Source: Nemertoderma westbladi
Taxonomy: Eukaryota > Animalia > Xenacoelomorpha
DNA length: 55,653 nt
Assembly (NCBI GenBank): GCA_032718475.1
Contig: JAUCBJ010001266.1
Coordinates: forward strand, 1 to 55,653
Reading direction: 5' to 3'
Shown: positions 22,501 through 33,975 of the stretch, one piece after another
How the letters are laid out: each line of letters starts with the position of its first letter
Numbering within the stretch: the first letter of the stretch is position 1
The notes under the pieces: model-generated
What the model was told of the DNA's origin: nothing
Databases searched by the model: none
What the model saw: only the letters and a program-made list of their open reading frames with translations
Made by a program: the position numbers and the translations under genes

Positions 22501-25500
22501 GGTGAGTCATAGGGAATAATTAGTGGACTTGTACGGAGATAGGTGAGTCTTAGGGAATAACCAGTGGACTTGTACGGAGATAGGTGAGTCAAAGGGAATA
22601 ACCAGTGGACTTGTACGGAGATAGGTGAGTCATATGGAATAACCAGTGGACTTGTACGGAGATAGGTGAGTAATAGGGAATAACCAGTGGGGTTGTACGG
22701 AGATAGGTGAGTCATAGGGAGTAATCAGTGGACTTGTACGGAGATACCCTAGGTGAGTCAAAGGGAATAACCAGTGGACTTGTACGGAGATAGGTGAGTC
22801 ATAGGGAATAACCAGTGGCCCTGTACGGAGATAGGTGAGTCAAAGGGAATAACCAGTGGACTTGTACGGAGATACTGTAGGTGAGTCAAAGGGAATAACC
22901 AGTGGACTTGTACGGAGATAGGTGAGTCATAGGGAATAACCAGTGGACTTGTACGGAGATAGGTGAGTCATAGAGAATAATTAGTGGACTTGTACGGAGA
23001 TAGGTGAGTCTTAGGGAATAACCAGTGGACTTGTACGGAGATAGGTGAGTCAAAGGGAATAACCAGTGGACTTGTACGGAGATACTGTAGGTGAGTCAAA
23101 GGGAATAACCAGTGGGGTTGTACGGAGATAGGTGAGTCATAGGGAATAACCAGTGGACTTGTACGGAGATAGGTGAGTCAAAGGGAATAACCAGTGGACT
23201 TGTACGGAGATACTGTAGGTGAGTCAAAGGGAATAACCAGTGGACTTGTACGGAGATAGGTGAGTCAAAGGGAATAACCAGTGGACTTGTACGGAGATAG
23301 GTGAGTCAAAGGGAATAACCAGTGGACTTGTACGGATATAGGTGAGTCATAGGGAATAACCAGTGGACTTGTACGGAGATACTGTAGGTGAGTCAAAGGG
23401 AATAACCAGTGGACTTGTACGGAGATAGGTGAGTCATATGGAATAATCAGTGGACTTGTACGGAGATAGGTGAGTCAAAGGGAATAACCAGTGGACTTGT
23501 ACGGAGATACTGTAGGTGAGTCAAAGGGAATAACCAGTGGACTTGTACGGAGATAGGTGAGTCATAGGGAATAACCAGTGGACTTGTACGGAGATAGGTG
23601 TGTCATAGGGAATAATTAGTGGACTTGTACGGAGATAGGTGAGTCATAGGGAATAACCAGTGGACTTGTACGGAGATAGGTGAGTCTTAGGGAATAACCA
23701 GTGGACTTGTACGGAGATAGGTGAGTCTTAGGGAATAACCAGTGGACTTGTACGGAGATACTGTAGGTGAGTCAAAGGGAATAACCAGTGGACTTGTACG
23801 GAGATAGGTGAGTCATAGGGAATAACCAGTGGACTTGTACGGAGATAGGTGAGTCATAGGGAATAACCAGTGGGGTTGTACGGAGATAGGTGAGTCATAG
23901 GGAATAACCAGTGGACTTGTACGGAGATAGGTGAGTCAAAGGGAATAACCAGTGGACTTGTACGGAGATAGGTGAGTCATAGGGAATAACCAGTGGACTT
24001 GTACGGAGATAGGTTAGTCATAGGGAATAATTAGTGGACTTGTACGGAGATAGGTGAGTCATAGGGAATAACCAGTGGACTTGTACGGAGATAGGTGAGT
24101 CTTAGGGAATAACCAGTGGACTTGTACGGAGATAGGTGAGTCTTAGGGAATAACCAGTGGACTTGTACGGAGATACTGTAGGTGAGTCAAAGGGAATAAC
24201 CAGTGGACTTGTACGGAGATAGGTGAGTCATAGGGAATAACCAGTGGACTTGTACGGAGATAGGTGAGTCATAGGGAATAACCAGTGGACTTGTACGGAG
24301 ATAGGTGAGTCTTAGGGAATAACCAGTGGACTTGTACGGAGATAGGTGAGTCTTAGGGAATAACCAGTGGACTTGTACGGAGATACTGTAGGTGAGTCAA
24401 AGGGAATAACCAGTGGACTTGTACGGAGATAGGTGAGTCATAGGGAATAACCAGTGGACTTGTACGGAGATAGGTGAGTCATAGGGAATAACCAGTGGGG
24501 TTGTACGGAGATAGGTGAGTCATAGGGAATAACCAGTGGACTTGTACGGAGATAGGTGAGTCAAAGGGAATAACCAGTGGACTTGTACGGAGATAGGTGA
24601 GTCATAGGGAATAACCAGTGGACTTGTACGGAGATAGGTGAGTCATAGGGAATAACCAGTGGACTTGTACGGAGATAGGTGAGTCAAAGGGAATAACCAG
24701 TGGACTTGTACGGAGATAGGTGAGTCAAAGGGAATAACCAGTGGACTTGTACGGAGATAGGTGAGTCATAGGGAATAACCAGTGGGGTTGTACGGAGATA
24801 GGTGAGTCATAGGGAATAACCAGTGGACTTGTACGGAGATAGGTGAGTCAAAGGGAATAACCAGTGGACTTGTACGGAGATAGGTGAGTCATAGGGAATA
24901 ACCAGTGGACTTGTACGGAGATAGGTGAGTCATAGGGAATAACCAGTGGACTTGTACGGAGATAGGTGAGTCATAGGGAATAACCAGTGGACTTGTACGG
25001 AGATAGGTGAGTCAAAGGGAATAACCAGTGGACTTGTACGGAGATAGGTGAGTCAAAGGGAATAACCAGTGGACTTGTACGGAGATAGGTGAGTCAAAGG
25101 GAATAACCAGTGGACTTGTACGGAGATAGGTGAGTCATAGGGAATAACCAGTGGACTTGTACGGAGATAGGTGAGTCAAAGGGAATAACCAGTGGACTTG
25201 TACGGAGATAGGTGAGTCAAAGGGAATAACCAGTGGACTTGTACGGAGATAGGTGAGTCATAGGGAATAACCAGTGGACTTGTACGGAGATAGGTGAGTC
25301 ATAGGGAATAACCAGTGGGGTTGTACGGAGATAGGTGAGTCATAGGGAATAACCAGTGGACTTGTACGGAGATAGGTGAGTCAAAGGGAATAACCAGTGG
25401 ACTTGTACGGAGATAGGTGAGTCATAGGGAATAACCAGTGGACTTGTACGGAGATAGGTGAGTCATAGGGAATAACCAGTGGACTTGTACGGAGATAGGT

Positions 25501-26676
25501 GAGTCATAGGGAATAACCAGTGGACTTGTACGGAGATAGGTGAGTCAAAGGGAATAACCAGTGGACTTGTACGGAGATAGGTGAGTCAAAGGGAATAACC
25601 AGTGGACTTGTACGGAGATAGGTGAGTCATAGGGAATAACCAGTGGGGTTGTACGGAGATAGGTGAGTCATAGGGAATAACCAGTGGACTTGTACGGAGA
25701 TAGGTGAGTCAAAGGGAATAACCAGTGGACTTGTACGGGGATAGGTGAGTCATAGGGAATAACCAGTGGGGTTGTACGGAGATAGGTGAGTCATAGGGAA
25801 TAACCAGTGGACTTGTACGGAGATAGGTGAGTCAAAGGGAATAACCAGTGGACTTGTACGGAGATAGGTGAGTCATAGGGAATAACCAGTGGACTTGTAC
25901 GGAGATAGGTGAGTTATAGGGAATAACCAGTGGACTTGTACGGAGATAGGTGAGTCAAAGGGAATAACCAGTGGACTTGTACGGAGATAGGTGAGTCAAA
26001 GGGAATAACCAGTGGACTTGTACGGAGATAGGTGAGTCATAGGGAATAACCAGTGGGGTTGTACGGAGATAGGTGAGTCATAGGGAATAACCAGTGGACT
26101 TGTACGGAGATAGGTGAGTCAAAGGGAATAACCAGTGGACTTGTACGGAGATAGGTGAGTCATAGGGAATAACCAGTGGACTTGTACGGAGATAGGTGAG
26201 TCATAGGGAATAACCAGTGGACTTGTACGGAGATAGGTGAGTCATAGGGAATAACCAGTGGACTTGTACGGAGATAGGTGAGTCAAAGGGAATAACCAGT
26301 GGACTTGTACGGAGATAGGTGAGTCATAGGGAATAATTAGTGCACTTGTACGGAGATAGGTGAGTCATAGGGAATAACCAGTGGGGTTGTACGGAGATAG
26401 GTGAGTCATAGGGAATAACCAGTGGGGTTGTACGGAGATAGGTGAGTCATAGGGAATAATCAGTGGACTTGTACGGAGATAGGTGAGTCATCGGGAATAA
26501 CCAGCGGACTTGTACGGAGATAGCTGAGTCATAGGGAATAACCAGTGGACTTGTACGGAGATAGGTGAGTCATAGGGAATAATCAGTGGACTTGTACGGA
26601 GATAGGTGAGTCATAGGGAATAACCAGTGGACTTGTAAGGAGATAGGTGAGTCATAGGGAATAACCAGTGGACTTA
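19504..26676. repeat. 41-bp tandem satellite B, roughly 170 copies (AGGGAATAACCAGTGGACTTGTACGGAGATAGGTGAGTCAT)
   Basis: Head-to-tail 41-nt period; the first unit overlaps the last 32 nt of exon 2 and its GTGAGT donor. Confidence 0.98.
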
Positions 26677-27268
26677 CCCAGTGGACTATTTTATTGTTTA
26701 CTTTTTTTTACTTATTGTGTACTTCTTTACCTATAAATATTATGACATCTAGACTGTTAGAGTCAGACTATCAACTGGCAGACTGGTAGAGAAAACCTGA
26801 TTTGCTGAGTTTAACATAACCGAGATAAAACACTTAGAATAATGTTGAAAACTTGTCAACTTTACTACATTTTACTGCGAATTAAAGGACTATTATTCGA
26901 TAAAAAAAAAGTAAGCGCATATCACAACTTTTTTCACTTATTTTCAATTTAGCGAAATTAAATCAGCCATTCTGTAAGATCTGATTACTGTAGTGTTACC
27001 ATGTACAAGTACCCGTACTGTACAGACGGAAGATTTTGTTAGCAAGCTGTACACTTATACAGTAAGCTAAAATTAGTTTAAAAAATACTTTTTTTAACTT
27101 CGGCAATTGAGGAATATGAGCAGGTTATATCGGTAGGCGTATCTAACCAAAACAATAATCGATCACCTTACCAATTAACGGAAAGGAGCATATTAAAGGA
27201 GCGGTTTTTTCTAACCAAAACAATAAATAATCACAATAAAGAAATATAGCGCGAATTGTTTTTTGCAG

Positions 27269-27412
27269 ATTACTGTAGCCAAGACCCCAATCCATGTCAC
27301 TCGAAAACTCACTCTACTTGCGTAAAAGACGTCACCGTTCCAAACGGATACCGATGCCCGTGCGACAATCTGTACGAGGAAAACAACGGAGTCTGTGATC
27401 TATTTGTATTCG
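27269..27412 (+). CDS. Host gene exon 3, EGF-like domain 2
   Basis: ttttgcag| DYCSQDPNPCHSKTHSTCVKDVTVPNGYRCPCDNLYEENNGVCDLFVF |gtaaga; 144 nt, phase 1-1. Confidence 0.9.
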
Positions 27413-28245
27413 GTAAGAATTCTAAAAATAATTAAGAATTACTGAAATAAAGGAATTTACCCCGATTTTGATTTGCTGAAATGTGAATCGCTGAAATGAG
27501 CTACTTTTCGCAAAATAAATTTAAAAGTAAACTACTGTACTGTAATCTACATTTTCTAAGTTATATAAAATCCTTAATTTTCTATTTCCCTCAATTTTTG
27601 GTTTTAAGATCTTGTTGAACTTAATAATTAATTATCCAATAAAAATTTTTTTAAATTAAAGGGAAAGTTTAAATCTCAGAATAATGTGATGATGGTTATC
27701 TATTCTATTAATGGACAGCCGTAGGTCTATATTAAAGATTACTTCCCTGATGGTGTGACACAGGTGCGACTGATGTTTTATTGACTTACTGTAGAACATA
27801 AATTTTGGATTTAATTAAAAGTGATTAAATTTGTTGAGTGAAGAATTGCTCAAAATAGATATTTATTGCAATTATATTTAATTTTCAAGGAATTGCATTA
27901 CAAGATTTCAGATAGTTAATTAATAATATTAACCCTATTCCCCTGGGAAATTTTGTCCGAGATTATTGACATCTGTTGGGAATTATGCCCAACAGTTTGT
28001 AATAACAGTAATATGATGATTTAATCATAACTTTTCAAATTTTCGCATGTTTATAGAATAATATATAATACATCTGTTCTGAGTTTTATATATTAAGTTC
28101 ATTAAATAGAAATATATCAAATTGGAGACCAACGTGCTTCATGTAATCAGTTACATATTATTTTAGTTAATAAAAAAGTTCAACCTCAAACAGGTAAAAT
28201 AATCAGTTTTCAGTATTAACATTTCCATCAACTATTTTTTTCCAG

Positions 28246-28362
28246 ATCCGTGTGAGAATTTAAACTGCCAACAACATTCAACGTGCGTTAATGTAAATGA
28301 CGTCGCTGTATGCCAATGTATCACCGATTACGAAATGAATAACGGGGTGTGTGAGGAGAAGG
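28246..28362 (+). CDS. Host gene exon 4, EGF-like domain 3
   Basis: tttccag| DPCENLNCQQHSTCVNVNDVAVCQCITDYEMNNGVCEEK |gtgagt; 117 nt, phase 1-1. Confidence 0.9.
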
Positions 28363-28829
28363 GTGAGTACCGATGTCCTATGCGAATATCCCCCCCCCCC
28401 TCCCCCCCGCCGCACGGCATGCCCCCTCCCCTCCCTATAGCATCTGCTACTGACAATCTCTGTTGCTTCCACAAAAATTCTAGAACATAATTTCAAATTT
28501 TTGATATTCATCTGCAAGACTTATTTTTTCACACATTAAACTGGTATGTGCAAAATTTGATGTTTGGAAAATAAATATTATATATTGATTTATAGACTTA
28601 CAGTTTAATAATACAGTAGGATATTATTGAGAAATGCTGAGTTGATTAATGTAGCTGACACCCGATATAAATAATATAAATCACAAAAAGGTTTTTTGGA
28701 AAACCTTTTTTGATTTATCATACTGTAGTAGTCATGTAACCCTAACCCTAAGTCATGAGGCTGTAATCTAATAAATTTTGTGGAATTTTGGACGAGGCCT
28801 ACTGTAAAGTGCGAAATTCCACAAAAATT

Positions 28830-29270
28830 ATATGTTTACCAAGTTTGGTTTAATTTTTTGCCCACTTATTTCGGTTTTTATCAAAATTCTGAAACTACAG
28901 TACCTGTACCGACTGAGAGATTGTCTCATTTTTTTTTTATCAAACTTCGGATTCTTTCTAAACATTTGACGGACTGCATACTTACCAAGCTTAGTTTAAT
29001 TTCAGAAATGATTGGCCGACTTACTTCGGTTTTATCAAGTCGGAAACTACCGGTTGGCCTACCGACATACAGACTGGACTGCCGGATTTTTTACCAAACT
29101 TCAGATTCTTTCTAAACTCTTAACGAACTACATAAGTACCAAGTTTGGTTCAATTTCATCAAGGAACGACCGTGCTATTTATTAGCGATCAAAAATTAGA
29201 CGACGACAGAAAACTCATTAATGGTAGGTACCCTTATGCTAAGGCTTCGCTCACTTCGCGGCTCGCCCCA
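28830..29270. repeat. Degenerate ~150-bp internal repeats ending in a GC hairpin; probable non-autonomous Helentron-like element
   Basis: TACCAAG(T/C)TT(G/A)GTT recurs near 28837, 28983 and 29137, and AAACTTC(G/A)GATTCTTTCTAAAC occurs twice; ends GGCTTCGCTCACTTCGCGGCTCGCCC. Confidence 0.4.
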
Positions 29271-29683
29271 CATACGTTGATATTGTGACTTTTATAGAAA
29301 TCTAAACTGGAATTTAAATACGAGATTATTATGAAGAGAAACTACAGTACACTTATTGTAAGTGGAATAAAATACCCCAAACTTTGAGTATAAAACATGT
29401 AACTGTAGACCTATTTTTTTAATTTAATTCATTTAATTCGCACCCAGCCGACAACAGTAAAAGTTCGCTGCACGTTAATAAGAAATAAAAAGCGAACAAA
29501 GTTTCACACACTGCACCAGTGATACAAAATAAAGGATACAATATATTCAATTTAAAAGGAAGAACAAAGCAGTTAAAATAGCCATGGATGGATGCAAATG
29601 AAAAAAAAAGAATTATGACCTCGGGGTTTGCTCTGCTTCCAAATGATGCAGAGTCATTAATACTGCACAGGGAACACAGTGTA

Positions 29684-31591
29684 TTACACAATACCGAAGT
29701 AGTCCATAATTCTGGTTCTTTTTTCTGCGAGACTCAATGTTCTAAGATTAAATGTTTCTTCGATAAAGCTGGCCTTGGCCTTATCCCCAGTCAATGCTGT
29801 TCCGTGCGAGATACGATTCATCAGGGACTTCTTGTCATAGCGGTACATCAATAGGGACTCAAGCTGTGGAAGGGGAAAGATAGATGGCGCTCTTAAAAAA
29901 GAGTTTAGCACTCCCCGATACCGTGACCCAGAGGTTCTATCGAGACTCGCAACAGAGCAGTTAATAAACGATCCCTGTAAAGCCTTGCTGGGACAATCTA
30001 TAATTCGCACCATGGTTCCCACCGCTTGTCGCATTGCTTCCACTGATAGGGCATTGATGCTCGTAAGGTGCTCCAGTGTGGCGTTGCTAACATAGCGCCC
30101 AATGTAGAGTAAGCTGCGCAGAGCATTCCTGTGGGCGGCAGAGAGTCTATCCATGTCGTTCTGGGAGAGGTAACCAATGTGTAATCTCAGGTCGTATAAA
30201 ATTACAGGCAGTGCAACTGTTCTCCAGAGGTGAGATACGGTTTCAACAGGCAGCCATTCAGATGTCCATCCCTTGTTCTTAAGTGTCTGGCTTAGTGCCG
30301 CTATCGTCTGCAGAGTCTTGCTTAAGGGGTTAGTCATAACAGTAGCCAAATCGTACCCTAAGAAGCTTAACTTTTCGCATCTTGGTACCACTTTGCCGTT
30401 CAGATAAAGAAATGTTGGCCTATGACAGCCTTGGTGATTGTTGAACACTGTCCAGTTTACTTTGGATTGTTCTACTGTAAGTTTCATTTCTGCTGCGCTA
30501 TTATGGAACATGGTAAACATTTTCTCCATTCCCTCCTGCGTGTTAGAGACTAACAAGAAATCATCAGCATAAGAGATTGTTCCCAACCAGTGTGTGTCTA
30601 TCCAGCATCCGAGGTTGGAACTTTTCAAATCATCAAGAATGGATTTAGTATACAAATTGAAGAGGACTGGTGAGAGGAGTGATCCCTGTTTCAGGCCCCT
30701 ACAAACATGGATGCCTATAGCATCAACATCACTGCCGAACTTGAGAAAATAGAGGCTTCTGGTGTAATAGTTAAGGACAGTAGCGACAATGTGAGGGTTT
30801 ATTCCACACTCCGACAGCATTTTGCAGCCCAGAACGTTATAGTCAACAGTGTCGAATGCTGCTGACTCTATATCAAGCTGACAGAGATATACTGACTTGT
30901 TCTTCATCCGCAGATGCTCAATGCACTCTAACATCGTTGCAATGACAACATCAGACCCAATGTGACTACGGTAGGCTGTCTGGTTCTCATGGAGATCTAT
31001 GCTGCTAAGGAAGCTCTTCAGCACAACATGTTCAAACAATTTGGCCCAAATGCTGATTGATGATATTGGGCGATACGATTTAGGAGAGTAAACATCCTGA
31101 TTCTTGCCCTTATAGAGGCTTGTCAGAACCGAATGTCCAAATATATTAGGAACTTTCTTCAGCATGAAGGAGAGGTTGAACACAATTGCTAAGATTTCAC
31201 ATATTGGCTCTGGGTTCAAATGTAGCAAATGCTCAATAGTGAGCGAAGAGTTATCAGGGGCTTTCCCCGTAGATAGTGCTGCAATTGCTCTCTTCACTGT
31301 CAGTGAGGATATTTGTGGCAGCATTGAGTTTGCACACGCCAAGTCCATGTTAGTCTGTAGTTCATCACTCAACTTGGAGGGATTGTTGGAAAATTTTCTC
31401 ACATAACTATCGCGCAGCTTATCTTCCATCGAGGGGGGTATACCATTTCTGTTTGATTTATTTACCTTTGCCCAAAAGTATTTCGGATTTGAGTTGAATT
31501 TGTTGGCCAATTTATGTATTGATTGTGCGACTGAGTTTTTAGAGAGAAATTTTTTGATACGCCTTGTGCGTCGTTTGGACTCCTTGAACAC
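29684..31591 (-). CDS. LINE reverse transcriptase (frameshifted from the endonuclease ORF)
   Basis: GKAPD, SYRPIS, QTAYR, LDIESAAFDTV, GLKQGSLLSPVLFNLY, YADD, FLG. Confidence 0.92.
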   Translation of the reverse strand: MFKESKRRTRRIKKFLSKNSVAQSIHKLANKFNSNPKYFWAKVNKSNRNGIPPSMEDKLRDSYVRKFSNNPSKLSDELQTNMDLACANSMLPQISSLTVKRAIAALSTGKAPDNSSLTIEHLLHLNPEPICEILAIVFNLSFMLKKVPNIFGHSVLTSLYKGKNQDVYSPKSYRPISSISIWAKLFEHVVLKSFLSSIDLHENQTAYRSHIGSDVVIATMLECIEHLRMKNKSVYLCQLDIESAAFDTVDYNVLGCKMLSECGINPHIVATVLNYYTRSLYFLKFGSDVDAIGIHVCRGLKQGSLLSPVLFNLYTKSILDDLKSSNLGCWIDTHWLGTISYADDFLLVSNTQEGMEKMFTMFHNSAAEMKLTVEQSKVNWTVFNNHQGCHRPTFLYLNGKVVPRCEKLSFLGYDLATVMTNPLSKTLQTIAALSQTLKNKGWTSEWLPVETVSHLWRTVALPVILYDLRLHIGYLSQNDMDRLSAAHRNALRSLLYIGRYVSNATLEHLTSINALSVEAMRQAVGTMVRIIDCPSKALQGSFINCSVASLDRTSGSRYRGVLNSFLRAPSIFPLPQLESLLMYRYDKKSLMNRISHGTALTGDKAKASFIEETFNLRTLSLAEKRTRIMDYFGIV

Positions 31592-33690
31592 TGTAGCAAG
31601 GGGTGTTCATTGCCTTTTCCTTCTTCACTCCATAGTTGGTACAATTGTTGTGTTGTTTTCGAACTCTGGTGTAGAATTTTGGACCGAATTCTTATGTTTT
31701 TTATACCAGTCTTTCGCTTTGCTACTGGAATATTCAGAATTGCAGCATCATGAATTGCAGACTGTATGTTCTCCATCACACCATTGAGAGTTGCAGTAGA
31801 AGGTTTTCCACCTAGTTCAGATTTTATTTTATGGATATTCTCCAATAGAAGTGTGTCAACAGCAAATTTATATCTTTCCTTTTGGGCTTCAGTTGCTTTT
31901 GCCCAGTTAAATTTCATGATTTTCCTCCTTGTGGTTGGCTTCACTTTCTGCCCTGAATGGTCATTGTTGAACATAACCGAAAATGTCGCAATTACTGGTA
32001 CGTGATCTGAGTAGTTACTACCAGGATCTTCTTCATATACGCAGCCATCTTTTATCAAAACCATGTTTAACATTGGAGTCAATATGTGGTCAATATATGA
32101 CTGACCACCGTTGTGCCCATAAAACGTTATAACTGGCCCAGTGAACTGCTTGTGAGTATCGATGGCCCTTAAATTATTATCGTTTAGAAAAGAGTTAAGA
32201 ATCCGGCCTCTGTAAGATGATTTCTCAGTGAGGAATCTGTTTCCCTGCAGACTACCAAGATCAGCATTGGCATCAGTGAGGATGATGGGGATGCATGCTG
32301 AATACTGCTCCAGTAACCCATAGAGGCGGCCCAGGAACTCATCGTAGACTTCTTGAGGTTTCCCCGAATCTGGGGCATAGGCTGAAAGAATTAGAAATGG
32401 CTCGTTTGAGGAGTGAAGATGAGCAATTACGCCAACAATATTATCTCCAGATTTCACTTCACTGAAACTATTCACTTTATCCTTCCTCATGTAAAGGGCT
32501 ACACCACCTGCACCACGTATACGGTTAGGATTTCTCATTAAGTGGCTTACTGAATATATACAGTTGAAGTTGGCATCCAGTAGACACATTGATTCTTTGC
32601 ACTCCATGTCATCGAGCCAGTGTTCCTGGAGGCCTAGAAAATCACAGCTGGTTAAGAGCTCAGCAATGTATTTAGAGTTTGCCGCAAATCCATGGGTATT
32701 AAAAGTGCACAACCGCAGCTGTTCCTCCAAACCACATTCAGCGGTGTTAGTCTTGGTGAAAGGGCTGGTGGGCCCACACGGTCTATCTCTATACCCTGAA
32801 TTGACTGCATTGTGGTGCCGATCACGTTGCTCCATGTGGTGGTTAACTTGGTGGATGTGTCGAGGATGGTAGATCCAGTCCCGACACGTTATTCCTCTTG
32901 GCCAGAAACCAGGTACTTTTAGATTATCACCGATCCCTGAATCCACTGATATCTTCATATTCCTAGAGTCTCTGGAATTACGTGTTGTTATACGGTGGGT
33001 AGTTATACGATGATAATTTAAGTAATCAACTATATCATCCTCAGAGTACTCAAATGGCACACCGCTGATAAAGACCGTTGTTTGTTTTGATAATTGTTCG
33101 GACCAACTCTGTTTGCTTGAGCCCTGTTTTAATTCATTAGGTTCGTTGAGTGTTTTCCCTCGTCTATGATGCCTGATACCTCTGGCAGGACTGGCGTGTC
33201 TATGTGTACCCAGTTCAACCCTTGTTGATGTACGATTATTTGTTCTAGAGCTTGAGCTCTCAATCCTTGAACCAGTATCTTGCTTTGTATGAAGCTGATT
33301 TGAAATTGCCTTTAAGTACTGTGAATTTGAAATTGTAGCTGCATTGTCTGCTTCATCTGAGAGTAGAGGGGCAAATCTGTTGTTTGTTTGTCCCACCAAT
33401 TTGGGAGGGCAACCAGCAGAAAAATCCTTTCTTTGATAACTTCTCCACCTGGAAGTGATGGACCAGTCCAAATCGTTTGGCTTGGCATCATGATTGCCGT
33501 GGTGAGGTTGATCTCTTGGATTGGTTGGTGTGCTTTCCCCTGCTGATATAGAATCAATGATAAGGTACTCGTATTGGGAGCCTACTTGAGTCTTCTTTCG
33601 TTTGCCAGTCATTTCCCCACTGCTTCGACCTGAAGGTTCACATGCTTGCAGTTGTCCTTCTAGCCTAGTAATTTTTTCTTCCAAGATCAT
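31462..33690 (-). CDS. LINE ORF1-like RRM region in frame with APE endonuclease
   Basis: VFISGVP...FWPRGITCRDW (ORF1-type), then TFNTHGF, LQEHWL, GGVALY, SAYAP, TDANAD, SYIDHIL, SDHVPV. Confidence 0.85.
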   Translation of the reverse strand: MILEEKITRLEGQLQACEPSGRSSGEMTGKRKKTQVGSQYEYLIIDSISAGESTPTNPRDQPHHGNHDAKPNDLDWSITSRWRSYQRKDFSAGCPPKLVGQTNNRFAPLLSDEADNAATISNSQYLKAISNQLHTKQDTGSRIESSSSRTNNRTSTRVELGTHRHASPARGIRHHRRGKTLNEPNELKQGSSKQSWSEQLSKQTTVFISGVPFEYSEDDIVDYLNYHRITTHRITTRNSRDSRNMKISVDSGIGDNLKVPGFWPRGITCRDWIYHPRHIHQVNHHMEQRDRHHNAVNSGYRDRPCGPTSPFTKTNTAECGLEEQLRLCTFNTHGFAANSKYIAELLTSCDFLGLQEHWLDDMECKESMCLLDANFNCIYSVSHLMRNPNRIRGAGGVALYMRKDKVNSFSEVKSGDNIVGVIAHLHSSNEPFLILSAYAPDSGKPQEVYDEFLGRLYGLLEQYSACIPIILTDANADLGSLQGNRFLTEKSSYRGRILNSFLNDNNLRAIDTHKQFTGPVITFYGHNGGQSYIDHILTPMLNMVLIKDGCVYEEDPGSNYSDHVPVIATFSVMFNNDHSGQKVKPTTRRKIMKFNWAKATEAQKERYKFAVDTLLLENIHKIKSELGGKPSTATLNGVMENIQSAIHDAAILNIPVAKRKTGIKNIRIRSKILHQSSKTTQQLYQLWSEEGKGNEHPLLQCSRSPNDAQGVSKNFSLKTQSHNQYINWPTNSTQIRNTFGQR

Positions 33691-33975
33691 TCGTTGGTGG
33701 CGTTCTATACTAAGTTCATCTTGGATATATCCATATTTCTCTTTTAAGGAACAATTCTCCTAGAAGTACTACCTAGAAGTAGGGTATATTTCGTTTTCTT
33801 TTGTAAATCGTGTATCGTTTAATAAGAAAACACAACACTTCTTACTGTACATTATGTCAACTTGCCAGGGTAGTGGTGAATTACGCGTAACGCTGTAAGG
33901 TACCACTCTGCAGCGTTGCGGCCTATAGGACGGAATGCTGCAAAGTAATGCATAACCTGGAAACAACTTAAATTT

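Larger units (their letters stand above)
29414..33760 (-). mobile_element. 5'-truncated APE-type LINE (RTEX-like) in intron 4
   Basis: APE endonuclease and RT ORFs; 3' tail GAATTAAATGAATTAAATTAAAAAAA on the minus strand; no TSD recognised. Confidence 0.88.

Noticed and set aside
20635-22715. ORFs inside satellite B, and satellite B as a CRISPR array
   Set aside because: The 41-bp period cycles through frames; there are no spacers.
28390-28436. C-rich tract (G-quadruplex potential on minus)
   Set aside because: An isolated low-complexity run with no further support.
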